Below, in pieces: positions 22,330 to 35,180 of a DNA stretch of 64,000 bases. The notes beneath the pieces were generated by a model. That model worked only from the letters and a program-made list of their open reading frames with translations, had not been told where the DNA came from and ran no database searches. Source of the stretch: Gracilinanus agilis (lineage: Eukaryota); assembly GCF_016433145.1 (NCBI RefSeq), contig NC_058131.1:386818770-386882769 (forward strand), written 5' to 3'. Every line of letters starts with the position of its first letter. Position 1 is the first letter of the stretch. Made by a program: the position numbers and the translations under genes.

Positions 22330-22505
22330 ATGAGCCAGTTGACTGCTCAGTAACATAACTAACACACCCAGGCAGCCTCTCCACTCGAGGTTAGCAGCAG
22401 CAGAAGCTGGACGGGGCTAGGAAAGGGAGGTGACTGAAAAGTGAGTTGTGACCGGGAGTAGCCCAGAGACTGTTTGGAAGCCCGACATTTCAGCATCGAG
22501 CAGAG
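22330..22505 (+). other. FAXDC2: Probable FAXDC2 non-coding exon 1 (5' end approximate)
   Basis: Unique, mildly CpG-enriched block ending in a strong donor GAG|gtaagc at 22505/22506; no ATG in 22332-22505; CACCC boxes, E-box and C/EBP-ATF site just upstream. FAXDC2 needs an upstream exon because its ATG is the first base after an acceptor. Confidence 0.6.
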
Positions 22506-24354
22506 GTAAGCAGTTGGGAGAGTTGGAAGTGGGCAGATTTAATTAGGAATCCTGGCCAGAAAGTTTCAGCTTAGGTCCTCAATCAAGACTCTGCAAACTT
22601 ATTGTATAAGCGTACTCCTTAAAAATATTCTCTAGGGCATATTCTTCAGTACATCCCCAGCCTCCCCATCTCCTTTTATTATTGTCTGTATCCTGTGTCC
22701 TATAGTAGCTTCAGAGTCTCCTCCTTCATTTTGTTTTTTCCTAACAATTGACAGTTTGTTCTGATTGCTTCTGAAGTTAAGACAATGTTAGCCAGCAGCA
22801 TCAGGACTGGAATCAGACAAAATAAGGAGAAGAAAACCCAGGCTCTTAGGGATTCAGTGTTGGGGAGCAACTTCTGCCTAGGGTGATCAAGAGGGGAGAA
22901 GAATAGCTCTCCTTTCTTTTGAGCCTAATAATTTACAAAAGGCACCTTCCTTCTGACAATCCTGAGAAAGAGGCAGTAAAAGTATGATTTGTCCCACTTT
23001 GCAGATAAGAAATTTGAAATTCAGAGAAGTGATCCACTTAGGACCACAAGTTACAACCTGAAGCCAGGTCTTTGGAATCTAAAGTTATTTTCACTAATTC
23101 AAATGGCCATAATGGTGGTTTTAACTTTAAGTTTGAGGAATAAAGTGATCACCTTAAGTATGAGCTTAATAAACAAAGGCTGTTTTGAAGCAATATATCA
23201 AATCTTAATTGAGCTAATTATATCTGGAACCTGTTAGTCTATCAGGTATTACTGGGGGTAGGAGATGGAGGTGCTGTTGAGACAGATAGTGGTGGGTCAG
23301 TTTTTCAGAAAGCAGTTTTTAAAAAATTAAAATCTACATTGTTCTGTGGACTCAGCTTCTCAGTTGAGAAAAATGGAGACCACAACTGTTATCTTCTTCT
23401 CTTTACACACACAACACAGAATTTAATCCTACCTTGTAACAGAAAAAGAAACAAAACTAAATGATGTTAACAAACGGCATATGTAATTCTCCACTGGTAA
23501 TCCTCACCTCTCTACCTAGATAGAAAGGCTGGTTTTATTATCTATTCTTTATATATGTGACATCCAAGTTGTTAAAATTGATCAGAGTTGCCTAGTGCAA
23601 ATTCCTTTTTATTGATTATTGTTCTCCTAATTCTGTATACTTATTGACATCAGCTCACATAAGCATTACCAAGTTTCTCAAAATTCCTCATATTTTTCAT
23701 TTTTTATGATGTATTAACAATCTCATTACAATTACACAACCCAATTCGTTCAGCCATTTTTCTAATCCATAGAGAAATTTTTTCTAGTATATATGTAGGT
23801 GAAGCACATATATTTTCCGTGATGGGCTCTCTGAGTCAAAGGATATATGAGCAGTTAAGTGACTTCTATCATTCCAACTTGTTTCCCAGTATTCAGTGTA
23901 CCATTCTGATCTAAGAAAAGGGAGCCCAAGATTCACTCTCCAGTGTCAGAATACCCTACAGGGGAAGAAAAGAGTAGTGGAAGAATAATTTCAAAAGAAG
24001 TCTGGGTTTGAGTTCTGGCTTTTACACTAACTAGCAATGTCACCTCAGGCAAATTACTTCCAATTTTCTGAGCATGTTTCCATATATGGAAAACCAAATT
24101 ACTTCATTGGGTTATAGTGAGAAAAATATTTTGTAAGTCTTGAGTTCTCCATATATACAAGTTGCTACTATTAGCAAAAGAAATTGTAGCAAAAATATTA
24201 AATCGCTTCATTAAGCATCTATTACATGCTCTTCCGTAGATAACCCTATGATTTGTTTACTGACTGTAAAATCCTTGGAACTTACTCGTCTAATACATAG
24301 CTGAATCATTGGTGCCACAATTCAGTTCCTTATTAATTAAAAAATTATCACTGG

Positions 24355-24482
24355 TGGCCTCAGACACTTCCCAGCTGTGTGACCCTGGGCAAGTCACTTG
24401 ACCTCCATTGCCTACCCTTACCACTCTTCTGCCTTGGAGCACAGTATTGACTCCAAGATGGAAGGTAAGGGTTTAGAAAAAA
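24355..24482 (+). mobile_element. 5'-truncated SINE1_Mdo-type SINE with perfect 17-bp TSD taaaaaattatcactgg (24338-24354 / 24483-24499)
   Basis: Begins just after the B-box; tail and TSD intact. Confidence 0.92.
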
Positions 24483-27400
24483 TAAAAAATTATCACTGGA
24501 ATTGTACTATCATGAAAATTATCTTCAGATGAATCTTTTTGCTTTTACACCTGTTTTATGAAAATGAAATGGAACAGTTCCTGCTATGAAGGAGTGTGCT
24601 CATTTACTGGGAGCACTGTGGCAACTGAAGATATCATGGTAACAATGAAGGTCAAGAAACAACTCATACTCTAAGGAATTTCTTGACATGAGATTTTAAG
24701 GTGAAAAAAGCAACAAAAGAGAAGAGAAAGCTCCTCAAAACCTAGTCTAGTATTTTAACAAGGGAACAGACCCAGTAGGAAAAAAAAAAAAAAAAGCCTG
24801 GATTCAGAGTTAGGAGATATAGGAATCTCACTTATTATTTGGGTGACCTTAAGCAAGTCACTGTCTCTTTCTGAGCTTTAGTTGCCTCCTTCATAAAACA
24901 GATTGTTGGACTTGAAGACTTAGGTTTCCAGGTCTGATTTTAATGTATTGTTAAGTTCCTTCCACTTGTAACATTCTCTTCCAGGAAAAATAATCTGTGA
25001 CTTCTATGGCCCTTACTTTCCTTGGACCTCAATGACCCATCTATAAAATTAAAATCATACTTCCATTTACTTATGTCATGGGAGTTTCTTGAGGTATAAA
25101 TAAGGCAAGACACAAGAAAATGCTATATTATTCTATCTTCAGGGGTGGGATCACAGAAACATTTCAGGTGAAAAAAAAGTTGTGTTTAGTTTCCTGTCAC
25201 AACGCCTCTTTTCCTTTTTGTAATATAATCCTGAGATAGGGTTAATAACTCTTTTTATATCAGGTTTTGCTGATCTTCCTAGAAATGTCCCAGTTAAATG
25301 GGTCTATTTCAAAGCAAATATGACAAAGCAAAACACCTATAAAATTCAGACAGTATGAGTCTGGGGCTAATCTTCCAGGAACCAGAAACAGAATAGCTAA
25401 GGAGTCCTAATCCTAGCATTAATGTTAATAACTAGCAAAAGATTTGGGCCAAAGACTTCCGCTTTTTGTGTCTTGTTTCTCATTGGTGACAATGAAAACT
25501 CACAAAATACATCCTGATGATAAAGTGAGATAATGGAAGGAGCATTGGACCAAGAGTCAGGAGACCCATGTTCTAGATGTGGCTTTGCCACTAACTAGTT
25601 GTGTAGATTTGGGCAAGAGATTACTCCTCTCTGGGCTTCACTTTTCTTCTCTGTAAAATGAAGAGATTAGGCTTAATGGTCTGTCCCTAAAGCCCCTTCC
25701 AACATTTTATTATTCTCTATTCTAGAGTCACTTCCAGATAAAACATTCTTTATTAAAGATCATTTAATACAACCTTCTCAAAGGAGGAAACTAAGGCATA
25801 GAGAGGGACAATTTATCCAAGATGTAAAGATCTAACTAGAACCAAGATTCCCTTAGTCCTAGTTCAATGTTCTTGCCACTTGGATATTCCTGAAACATCA
25901 CATATAGTGTCACTGTCAATGATCTTGTTTGTTTTTCCTTCGTAAACCCTGGTGCCTAGGGTATAGTGGGTTCATAATAAACATCTGTTATTGTTGGTGT
26001 GAAGCAAGGAGAGATGGAAGACTGTTAGGAAATTCAATGGACTGACTTATTCATCTTTTAACCCTTATGATAAGACTGAAAAACATTTCTTATCTAACCT
26101 CTTCTACTTCCCACTTTCCTAGAATTGGTCATTATCTAAAACATTTACAGGCTTGACAGACATCTCATTCAACCCCATCATGTCCCCAAGAGGTAGAAAA
26201 GGGGGTAGTTTATATAGAAGAAATCTGGGATAAAAAAATTTTGGCCATTCTTTTTCAGAAGGTCACAAAGAAATTTGGTGGTAGTATCAAAGAATAGACT
26301 AATGGTCTTTATCTGAACTGGAGAAAATGAATCAGACAAGAGAGATGCTTAATCAGGCCCAAGGAGATGAGGGTAGCAAAGTTGGGCAGTGGCAAACTTC
26401 TGGGAATTGGATCAATGTGATATTTGTGGATTTAAGTGTATTCTCAAAGGCACATAGAGACCTGGAATTTTGCTTGTAATCCTAGGTCTGCCGTTGTGGT
26501 GTCCTTAAGTGGTCACATTCCTAATTCAGGCCTGGGTTTCCTTCTTTGTAAAATGAGACTGTACTAGTCGATCTCTCAAATTTCTTCTACATTTAATATG
26601 CTATTTTCTAGGCTTTAACATTTTTCTTTTTCCAAGTTTCCTTATAATTTTAACATTCTGTTTAAAGTCAAGATTTAACAAATACTTATTAGATACTTAT
26701 ATTTGAGATATTGTATTAATAAAGATCAGAACAAGACTGTCCCTGCCTTCAAAGAACTTAAGTCTACCAGACGTAGAATATTTTATGTTCTGAGATCCCT
26801 CTATTCTATATCATTCTATGGTTCTATAACATAGGAGAATTCTAAAAGGTATAGAAGAAATTTCTTTAATGTGCTGATTATCTAGATGGAGAGAAGAAAG
26901 AACAGATACTTTATCATACATTGATCGTGTTATGTACATAAACACCTTTTTTACAAATAGGTTCATGTCTTATACATAGTATCAGTCTCTCAATAAATAC
27001 TTTCTGATTTGATTTGTCAAGATCCTTATCCTGAACCACACTGTGGACTTAGCCTCAAGACCCTCTTTGGGTGAAGTTATATTTGGTCCCTCTCTAAGCT
27101 GAGGTCACAAAAGTACAGAATGTTAAAGCTAGAAAGTCCTTGAAAATTGTTTAATTCAAACATCTAATCTTTCAGATGAGGGAACTGAGGCCAGAGAAAA
27201 TAAATAAAAACTTGGCCAAGTCACACCAGCTAGTCAGGGGCAGAGCCAGGCTCAAGACCCAAATTCTCTTTGATCCTGGCTGCCACTTAAACAGAGCTTT
27301 GGTTCAGCAGCATCTGTATTTGGGGAATGAAAGTGCCAAAAGAAACATATTTGGACATAATATATTCAGCAGACAATTTCTTAGATCACAGAGGGCATCT

Positions 27401-27829
27401 GACGAAATTAATATCTCAATGGATGGCATATGGATGTATTGGCAATTGCGGGATCATAAATAGCACTTTATAAAAGACTGTGATTCTTCCACTGAAGCCA
27501 GATGTTGCTGGCACAGCAGGCAAAGCATCTCTTTTAAAGATATTTTTCCTTTGGTCAGAGAGAGTAAGTGGAGCAGAATTGGTCCTGTCTTTCCAAAGCC
27601 GATTAGCAAAGTGTTATTATTACTAGCCCCATTTTACAGATGATAAAACGGGCTCAGAGATTTTGGCCTGACTACATCACTAATATATGTTGAAGCTCAG
27701 GTCTGAGGCCAAACTGGAACCCAGGACCTCCCATCTCCAGGCCTGGCTCTCTGTCTACTGAGTCACCTAGCTGCCTCAGAAAGATTCAGTTATGTAGTTT
27801 ATCTATATCCAAAAGGGACAATGTGAATA

Positions 27830-27833
<4 letters not shown>

Positions 27834-27879
<46 letters not shown>
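27834..27879. repeat. (TC)n microsatellite, ~23 units
   Basis: Direct reading. Confidence 0.98.
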
Positions 27880-27882
<3 letters not shown>

Positions 27883-29159
27883 ACATTGATGTTCTCTTGA
27901 CTATGAACAGAAATCTATTTTCTCTCAGTGGATAGAGCACCAGGCCTGGAATCTGGAGGACCTGGGGTTCAAATGTGACCTCAGATACTTTCTAGCTATA
28001 TGACTTTGGGCAAGTCACATAATCCTGTTTACCTAGCCCCTTGCCCTTGTCTTAGAAAGTAAAGGGTTAAAAAAAAGAAAGAAAAAAAAAAGGAAAAAAA
28101 TCTGTTTTCTAAATGTTCCTTCATGGTTTGGGTATATTTTGAACTTAATGATGGCAGTTAGTGTCCTGCGTAATAGTTTGAACATAAATGAATGTTTAAT
28201 GAGTTAGGATACAATGGGGGGGAGGGGACCTGTGATTTTGATGGTAAGCTTGGTAAGGAAATTCCCTCTATCACTGCATGTCATCACCTTCTACTCCTAC
28301 CTGCAATTTGAGAGAGTATTATGAGATTAAATGAATAAGGTTGGACAATTATGAGATAAGACTGTTCAAAATATGTTTGGATGAATATAGGAGTATTTAA
28401 TGAGGAAATGGTAGTGGGAGAGGTTCTCAGAGAGGGATGAGACTCTGAATGCCCAGAGCTGTGGGCCCAATAGAACAGAAGAGTTACAGGAGATTTAATA
28501 AATAAGCAAAAAAAGAAAGAAAAACCCAGTTTTAGCTTGTCTGACAGGAAAAGTTAACATTCAATATGGTATAATGAGCTCTTGGAGACTAGTAGACCTG
28601 GGTTCTAATTCCATCTTTGTCAGTATCTCTCCATGTGCCATCCCAGGCAAGTTGTATTTCTTCTCTGGGTTTCTTAACTATGTAAAATGAGAAATTAAAG
28701 TAAAATCAGAGATTTCTAAGGTGCAGCTCTATCATCCCTGAACAACTAATGCTGGCTCCCCATTAAACATTGACATGGAGGCTATGCCTAGTTACAAAAG
28801 CCTTACAGCTATTTTATTTTATTTATCTCCCAAAGGGCCAGTGTTCCTTTGACACTTGGTTCCTTGGCTGTGAGGCAAAGGACAGTACTATTAACTCCCA
28901 CAAAGTAACCCACACCATTAACCCCACCCCCTCAGCCCTTAATGATTTATGCTTTTCAGTCTTCAGCTGGCAGCTTACCTGCCAGGTGGAAAAAAGAGCC
29001 TGCCTTAATGTAGGATGCTTAATCTAGCTCTTTTGGGGGAGGGGAAAACCTCCATCATGGAAATAGTCAGACTCAACACTTGGCATGAGATCGTGAAGGG
29101 CGTATTTGAAGACCCCATCAACCCTCATTTGATCCTTCCATCCCCGCTGTTGTCCTCTA

Positions 29160-29870
29160 TCTTTCCTTTCTTTTAGAGCTAAACTCTGTGCCTTCACTTT
29201 CTTCTCTTCTCATTTTCTCCTTAATTCTTTACAATCTGGCTTTATCATTCCACCAAACTGCTCTCTCCAAAGTTATTAATGATCTCTTAGTTGCCAGATT
29301 CAATGGTCTTTTCTCAAATCTCATTCTCTTTGATCTCTCAGTAGCTTTTGACACTGTTGACCACTCTCTCTCCTCTTTAATACTATCTTTTCTCCAGGTT
29401 TTAGGAGACCACTGTCTCCTGGTTTTCCTCCTATCTATTTTACTGCCCTATCTTAATCTTTGTGAAACTTCTTCTAGGTCACACACTCTAAAAATTGTAA
29501 GTGTCCCTCAAGACTTATGAGAAAGAAAACTAGCCACATTCAGAGGAAGAACTGTGGGAGGAGAAACACAGAAGAAAAACAACTGCTTGAACACATGGGC
29601 TATTGGTGATATTATTGGGGATGTAGATACTAAACAATAACTCTAGTCCAACTATCAATAATATGGAATTAGGTCTTGATCAATGATACATGTAAAACCC
29701 TGTGGAATTGTGCATTGGCTAAGGGGTGGTTGGGGGAGAGAGAAAGAACATGAAATATGTAACTAGGGGAAAATATTCAAAATTAAAATTAAAAAAATTT
29801 TTTTAGAAAATAAGTCTCCCTCAAGTATTTTGTCCTGGGCTCCCTTCTTTTCTCCCTCTATACTACTTCA
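29160..29870 (+). mobile_element. L2 RT-domain remnant split by an L1 3' insertion
   Basis: ORF 29188..29520 TALSKVINDLL...LFDLSVAFDTVDH matches the L2/CR1 RT motif; L2 resumes after 29811. Confidence 0.8.
29513..29810 (+). mobile_element. 5'-truncated L1 3'UTR inside L2; 15-bp TSD taagt[g/c]tccctcaag (29498-29512 / 29811-29825)
   Basis: Same L1 3' sequence as 17120-17450 and 62160-62480; TSD has one mismatch. Confidence 0.88.
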
Positions 29871-31162
29871 TGTAAATGTAGTTGAATATTATTAAATCAT
29901 AAAAAATAACAGTTTTGGAAAAAGCTGGAAAGACTTTCACAGAGTAACGTATGAACCAGGTGGATAATTTATACACTGACAACATTATAAATAAAAACAA
30001 CTTTGAAACTCTTAAAAACTCTGATCAAAGCAATAACCAACCATGATTCCACATTATCAATGTTAAAATTCATGTCCTATCACCTGACTTAAAATACATG
30101 AGATACATATTTGGAAATGGCCAACACAGGACTTTGTTTTGCAGACCTGAATATTTATTCTAAGCATTTATCTGGTTTGTTTTTGTTGTTGTTTTTCATT
30201 TGTAAGGGAATTAAGTGTGAAACACAGAAAGGTGGCTCAGGGATAAAGGCCTCACCTTCCACCTCCTCCAAAATGAGGACAGAAGTAAGGTTTTAAGGAA
30301 TCACAGAGAAGCAGGTCAACTTTGAAACTTCCAACTTGAATTAATGATATATTTAGAAAGAAAAGTAAACTTGACATAATGAGATTTCTGGTTTCATATA
30401 TAATCCTCTGCTCTTGTTTTATATACATAATATATATCTCATATCTACCTGTATACTATATATTCAAATTCAAATTTATTATAAACATACATAGCAGGTT
30501 TATAAATCATGTTTATAAGCATTTATATGTAATACCCATACACAGAAATAGCTATTTTATTTGGTATTTGTTAAGTTCAAAATTTTTTTAAATGAGAAAA
30601 AAGAAAAAAATTTGTCTACTCAGAGAAATGTATTTTCCTAAGAGAATTACATTTCTAGGGGTCTTTAAAGTCCCTCTGATCCTCACAACAACCATCTGAG
30701 GTAGATAAAATAAGTAGTATGGTTCCGATTTTGCAGATCAAAGAAAGTGAGATGCAGGGCAGAGAAGTGATTTGCCCCAAATCATATAGAACTGAGACTT
30801 ATACCCAAGTCTTTTTTTTTTTTTTTTTTTTTGAGAATGTAAGCTTCTTTGGAACAACGCAAACTTTACCTATGTCTTCAGACTTGTGCTCCTTAATTGG
30901 TTCACCCACTAAGTTCAGTACTCAGGCTAATGCTATACTGCCTTTCCTTGGGGCTCTAAAATGAGTATCAGAGAAATTAGTGAAGAAGGGCAGGGCCCAA
31001 AGTAAGTTCTTATAGTGAAGTAATAAAAAAGAACACACTGTCCTTCTCTAGGTCAAAGTTATAACTTGCCTTTAAAAAAAATATGTATTGCATTAAAGTT
31101 CCCAGGTATCTCCCTCCCTCCTCTTCCCTCCTTGCACTAGAGAAGGGATCATTTGACAAATA

Positions 31163-31219
31163 TGTGTGCGTGTGCGTGCGTACATGTATGCCTGTGTGTG
31201 TGTGTGTGTGTGTGTGTGT
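31163..31219. repeat. (GT)n / alternating purine-pyrimidine tract
   Basis: Direct reading. Confidence 0.95.
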
Positions 31220-32500
31220 ATAAAACTATGTCTTGCTTGTTCTTGTTTATCAGTCCTTTCTGTAGAAGTGGATATACACAATTTATTCTTCAATCAGTAT
31301 TTCTGTTGCTATATATAATGTTCTAATTGGTTCTGCTTATTTCGCTCTCGTAATTTCACATAGGTCTTTATGTGGTTTTAAAACATTAACCTGTTCATCA
31401 TTTCTTTTTTAAAAATTTTTATTATCATGCAAAACACACTTCCATATTGGCCAATGTTGTAAGAACAAACTCATAGATAACCAAACCCTGCAAATAAAAG
31501 CAAAAATACACTGATGTGAAAAATGACTCCGACAGTTCTTTCCCTGGAGGTGGATAGCATTCCTTATCATATAAGTCTTTCAGGATTGTCCCAGATCATT
31601 GCATTGCTGAGAGTAGCCAAGTTTTCACAGATAATCATTGTACGATATTGCTATTACTGTGTACAATGTTCTCCCAGTTCTGCTTAGTTTGTTCTGCATC
31701 ATTTCCTTCAAATATTTCCAGCTTTTTCTGAAATCATCTTATCATTTCTTATGGCACAATAGTATTCCATTACCAACATGTACCACAAATTGTTCAGCCA
31801 TTCTCCAATTGATCCCCTCACTTTCCAATTATTTGTCACTACAAAAAGAGCTGCTATAAATATTTTTGTACAAGTAGATCCTTCCCCCTTTTTAAATTAT
31901 CTCTTTGGGATACAGATCCAATAATGGTATTACCAGTTCAAAGGGTATGCATAGTTTTATAGCCCTTCGGGCCTAGTTCCAAATTGCCCTCCACAATGGT
32001 TGGATCAAGTCACAACTCTACCTACAATGCATTGGTACTCTAATTTTGCCACATGCCCTCCAACATTTGTCACTTACCTTTACTGTCATATTGGCTAATC
32101 TGATAGGTATGAGGTAGCACCTCAGAGTTGTTTTAATTTGCATTTCTCTAATCAAACTGCCCATCATTTCTTATGGAACAATAGTAGTCAAACACAATCA
32201 TATACCACAACTTGTTGAGCTATTTTCAATTGATGGGCATCTCCTCAATTTCTAGTTCTTTGCCACCACAAAGAAAGCTGCTATATAAATATTTTAGAAC
32301 ATTTAGGTTCTTTTCCTATTTCCCTAATCATTTTAGGAAACAGATCCAATCATGGTATTGCTGAGTCAATTTTATAGCTCTCTGTGCATAATTTCAGTTG
32401 CTCACCGACAGTGTATTAGTGTTCCCATTTTTCCATATCCTTTCCAACATTTTGTCATTTTGCCCTTTTATCATTTTAGCCAATCTATAGGTATGAGAGA
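31220..32500 (-). mobile_element. Cluster of L1 3'-end fragments
   Basis: Repeated antisense L1 ORF2-end motifs (gcacaatagtattccat, ttgccaccacaaagaaagctgctat, cagagttgttttaatttgcatttctcta). Confidence 0.75.
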
Positions 32501-33377
32501 ATATCTGTTTCCTTATCTCTCAAGTCAGGGGTTTATTCAAAAGGTCTTTGACTTTCTGTCAGCTGTAGAGCTGCAATTGTAATTTCCCTCCTGCTAAAAT
32601 ACTCTCTACCCCTACTGGAAATGAGAAAATAGAATATGAGTCAGTAAAGAGAATTCTTCATCTTCTATCAATTGCTGTGCTTGGTTCTGACTATACAAAG
32701 ATCAGACCTCTTAAATTCATTGCTAGAAGTCATATAATCATGGAAACTGATACAACTTTGATATCCAACACCTTCTCAGCACTTATGATTAGAGAATTAG
32801 AAGGCAGAGCTATAAACTTCTCCCAAAGCCTTTCTTTATAGAAGGTTCAGAACTTCCTAGCTAAACTCTGCATCTTCCATTGTCTGTTCTGCTTGGTTTT
32901 GACACCCAAAATGTCATGTCCCATTAGATTATAAGCTCCTTGAAGGAAATAGTATAATATCCTTTATATCCTTCTCTCTGAAGCCTTTCCTAACTAACCT
33001 TGCCTCCAGAGGCCTCTCTCTTCCCTGGCACTCACAGGTTTGGCATTTATCATCATTCCTTAATTTCATTCATACTTGATTTCGTGTTGTCTCCCTCATT
33101 AGATTGTAAATTCCTTGAGGGCAAGGACTTGCTTTTGCCTCCCTTCGTATCCCCATTGCCCTGGCACAGAGTAGGTGTTTAGTAATTGAATATTAATTTA
33201 TCACATACTACCTTCTATTAGTATGTCATTTTCCAACTGGAAGTACATCTCCTGGGGCATCTTTGTGGCTAATGGATTGATTGAGAGCAAGACTAGAGAT
33301 GGGAGGTCCTGGGTTCAAATCTGTCCTCAGATACTTGTGTGACCTTGGACAAGTCACTTAACCTCTATTGCCTAGTC

Positions 33378-33770
33378 CAGTGATTCCCAAAGTGGGCGCT
33401 ACCACCCCCTGGTGGGTGCTACAGAGATCCAGGGAGCGGTGATGGCCACAGGTGCATTTATCTTTCCTATTAATTGCTATTAAAATTTTTTAAAAAGTTA
33501 ATTTCCAAGGGGGCAGCTGGGTAGCTCAGTGGATTGAGAGCCAGGCCTAGAGACGGGAGATCCTAGGTTCAAATCCGGCCTCAGACACTTCCCAGCTGTG
33601 TGACCCTGGGCAAGTCACTTGACCCCCATTGCCTACCCTTACCACTCTTCCACCTATAAGTCAATACACAGAAGTTAAGGGTTTAAAAAAAAAAGTTAAT
33701 TTCCAGGGGGAACTAAGTAATATTTTTTCTGGAAAGGGGGTGGTAGGCCAAAAAAGTTTGGGAACCACTG
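33378..33770 (+). mobile_element. Non-autonomous hAT-type MITE copy 1 (~195 bp net), TIR CAGTGRTTCCCAAA, interrupted by a SINE
   Basis: TIRs at both ends; body matches the copies at 35934 and 51378. Confidence 0.88.
33508..33689 (+). mobile_element. SINE1_Mdo-type SINE inside MITE copy 1; 16-bp TSD aaaaagttaatttcca (33492-33507 / 33690-33705)
   Basis: Near-consensus element with CpGs retained; perfect TSD. Confidence 0.93.
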
Positions 33771-34731
33771 ATCTAGCCCTTATCACCCTACTGCCTTGGA
33801 ACAGATACTTAGTATCAGTTCGAAGACAGAGGGTTGTAAGGGTTAAAAGAAAAAAAAAAAGAAGTGAAACTCCTCGAGGGAAGTTGCCATATGTTAGAGG
33901 GTTCTTTTATCTCTCTATGGTATCTACTACACAGTAGACATTCAATAAATGAGGATTAGTTGAATGGTCTAAGTTGGATTTTACCCTTGCAAAGGGGTCA
34001 TGTCGCCGTCATTGCCAAACCTGGAAAACATGCAAAAACACTGCCATCTGAAGAACTCATCTCTTGAATTCAGCCTTCCCATTGAGATTTGGCATGCGGA
34101 TGGTGAAGGATGAAAATACAAACGTTTCACATAATTAACACTTTTGGCTACTGGATTGTGGATGTCACCATTGTCTCCTATGTTCGTCCTGGCCAGACTA
34201 TATATTCCTCTAGCTCCTACCAATTCAGAACCAGCCTTGGCTTAAAACAATCCTACTTACCTAAGGCCATTTCTTTCCTCCCAAAACCATTATGTTGTTT
34301 GTAGTCAGAATACTACAAGCTAAAACTTTGCTTCAGATGTACTTACTCCTTCAGTTAGCCCACCAGGATCACACCAGACGCCTTCTTAGGTGAGTTCACT
34401 TGGGGACCAAAAGTCTATTTGGACAGAATATTTGTATAGTCAAAAGAACCCTGGGCCAATAAACTTGGGTTGGAGTACCCATTCTGACCCCACTTCGACA
34501 AACCATACGGCTTAGGCAGGACGGGCACTTTGCTGGTCTGGTTTCTTCTAGTTCTGACAGTCAGTGTTACACTTTAAAGCATCTCCTCATTCTAACATTT
34601 TATATTTTTAGTTCCCTGTAGCTCCAAATATCTATGTTATAGGACTATTTAGCTACTTTCCTGCCTTCTTTCATTCTATGTATTTGAGAGAATAATTACA
34701 AGGGATAATCATTCATGCTTTCTTTTTCTAG

Positions 34732-34779
34732 ATGAAGGGGAAAGTCGGGGACCCGCTACCAAGTGAGAGGCCAAAGCAG
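34732..34779 (+). CDS. FAXDC2: FAXDC2 coding exon 1 (MKGKVGDPLPSERPKQ)
   Basis: tttttctag|ATG ... CAG|gtaaga; 48 nt; resembles the MKGEAG...KQ start of mammalian FAXDC2 as recalled. Confidence 0.85.
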
Positions 34780-34978
34780 GTAAGAACACGATCACCTCGC
34801 AAGAATTCAGAGAGCAGAAACTTCTCCCCCCACAATGGTGCACTAAGTTGAAGTATGTGGACAATACACATCAACATAGCCTGTTGCTGAGGTAAGACTA
34901 GCTTCATTTACCCAAAACCTCCAGCATAAAGATGAATTAGCATCATTGGAGTGCACAGATGAGATAACGTAGTATTCT

Positions 34979-35180
34979 TTTTTTTTTTTTTTCAAACCCT
35001 TACTTCTCATCTTAGAATCAGTACTGTGCATTGATGGGTTCTAAGGCAGAAGAGTGGTAAGGGTAGGCAATGGAGGTGAAGTGACTTGCCCAGGGTCCCA
35101 CAGCTGGGAAGTGTCTGAGGCCAGGTTTGAAATCAGGACCTCCAGGGTCTAGGCCTGGCTCTCAATCCACTGCTGCCCCC
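34979..35180 (-). mobile_element. SINE1_Mdo-type SINE 200 nt downstream of FAXDC2 coding exon 1
   Basis: Reverse copy of head, CORE and long tail. Confidence 0.88.

Larger units (their letters stand above)
33280..33860 (+). mobile_element. Older CORE-SINE (33280-33377 + 33771-33860) split by a hAT MITE
   Basis: Head and CORE end at ttgcctagtc and resume at atctagcccttatc with tail and poly-A. Confidence 0.8.
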
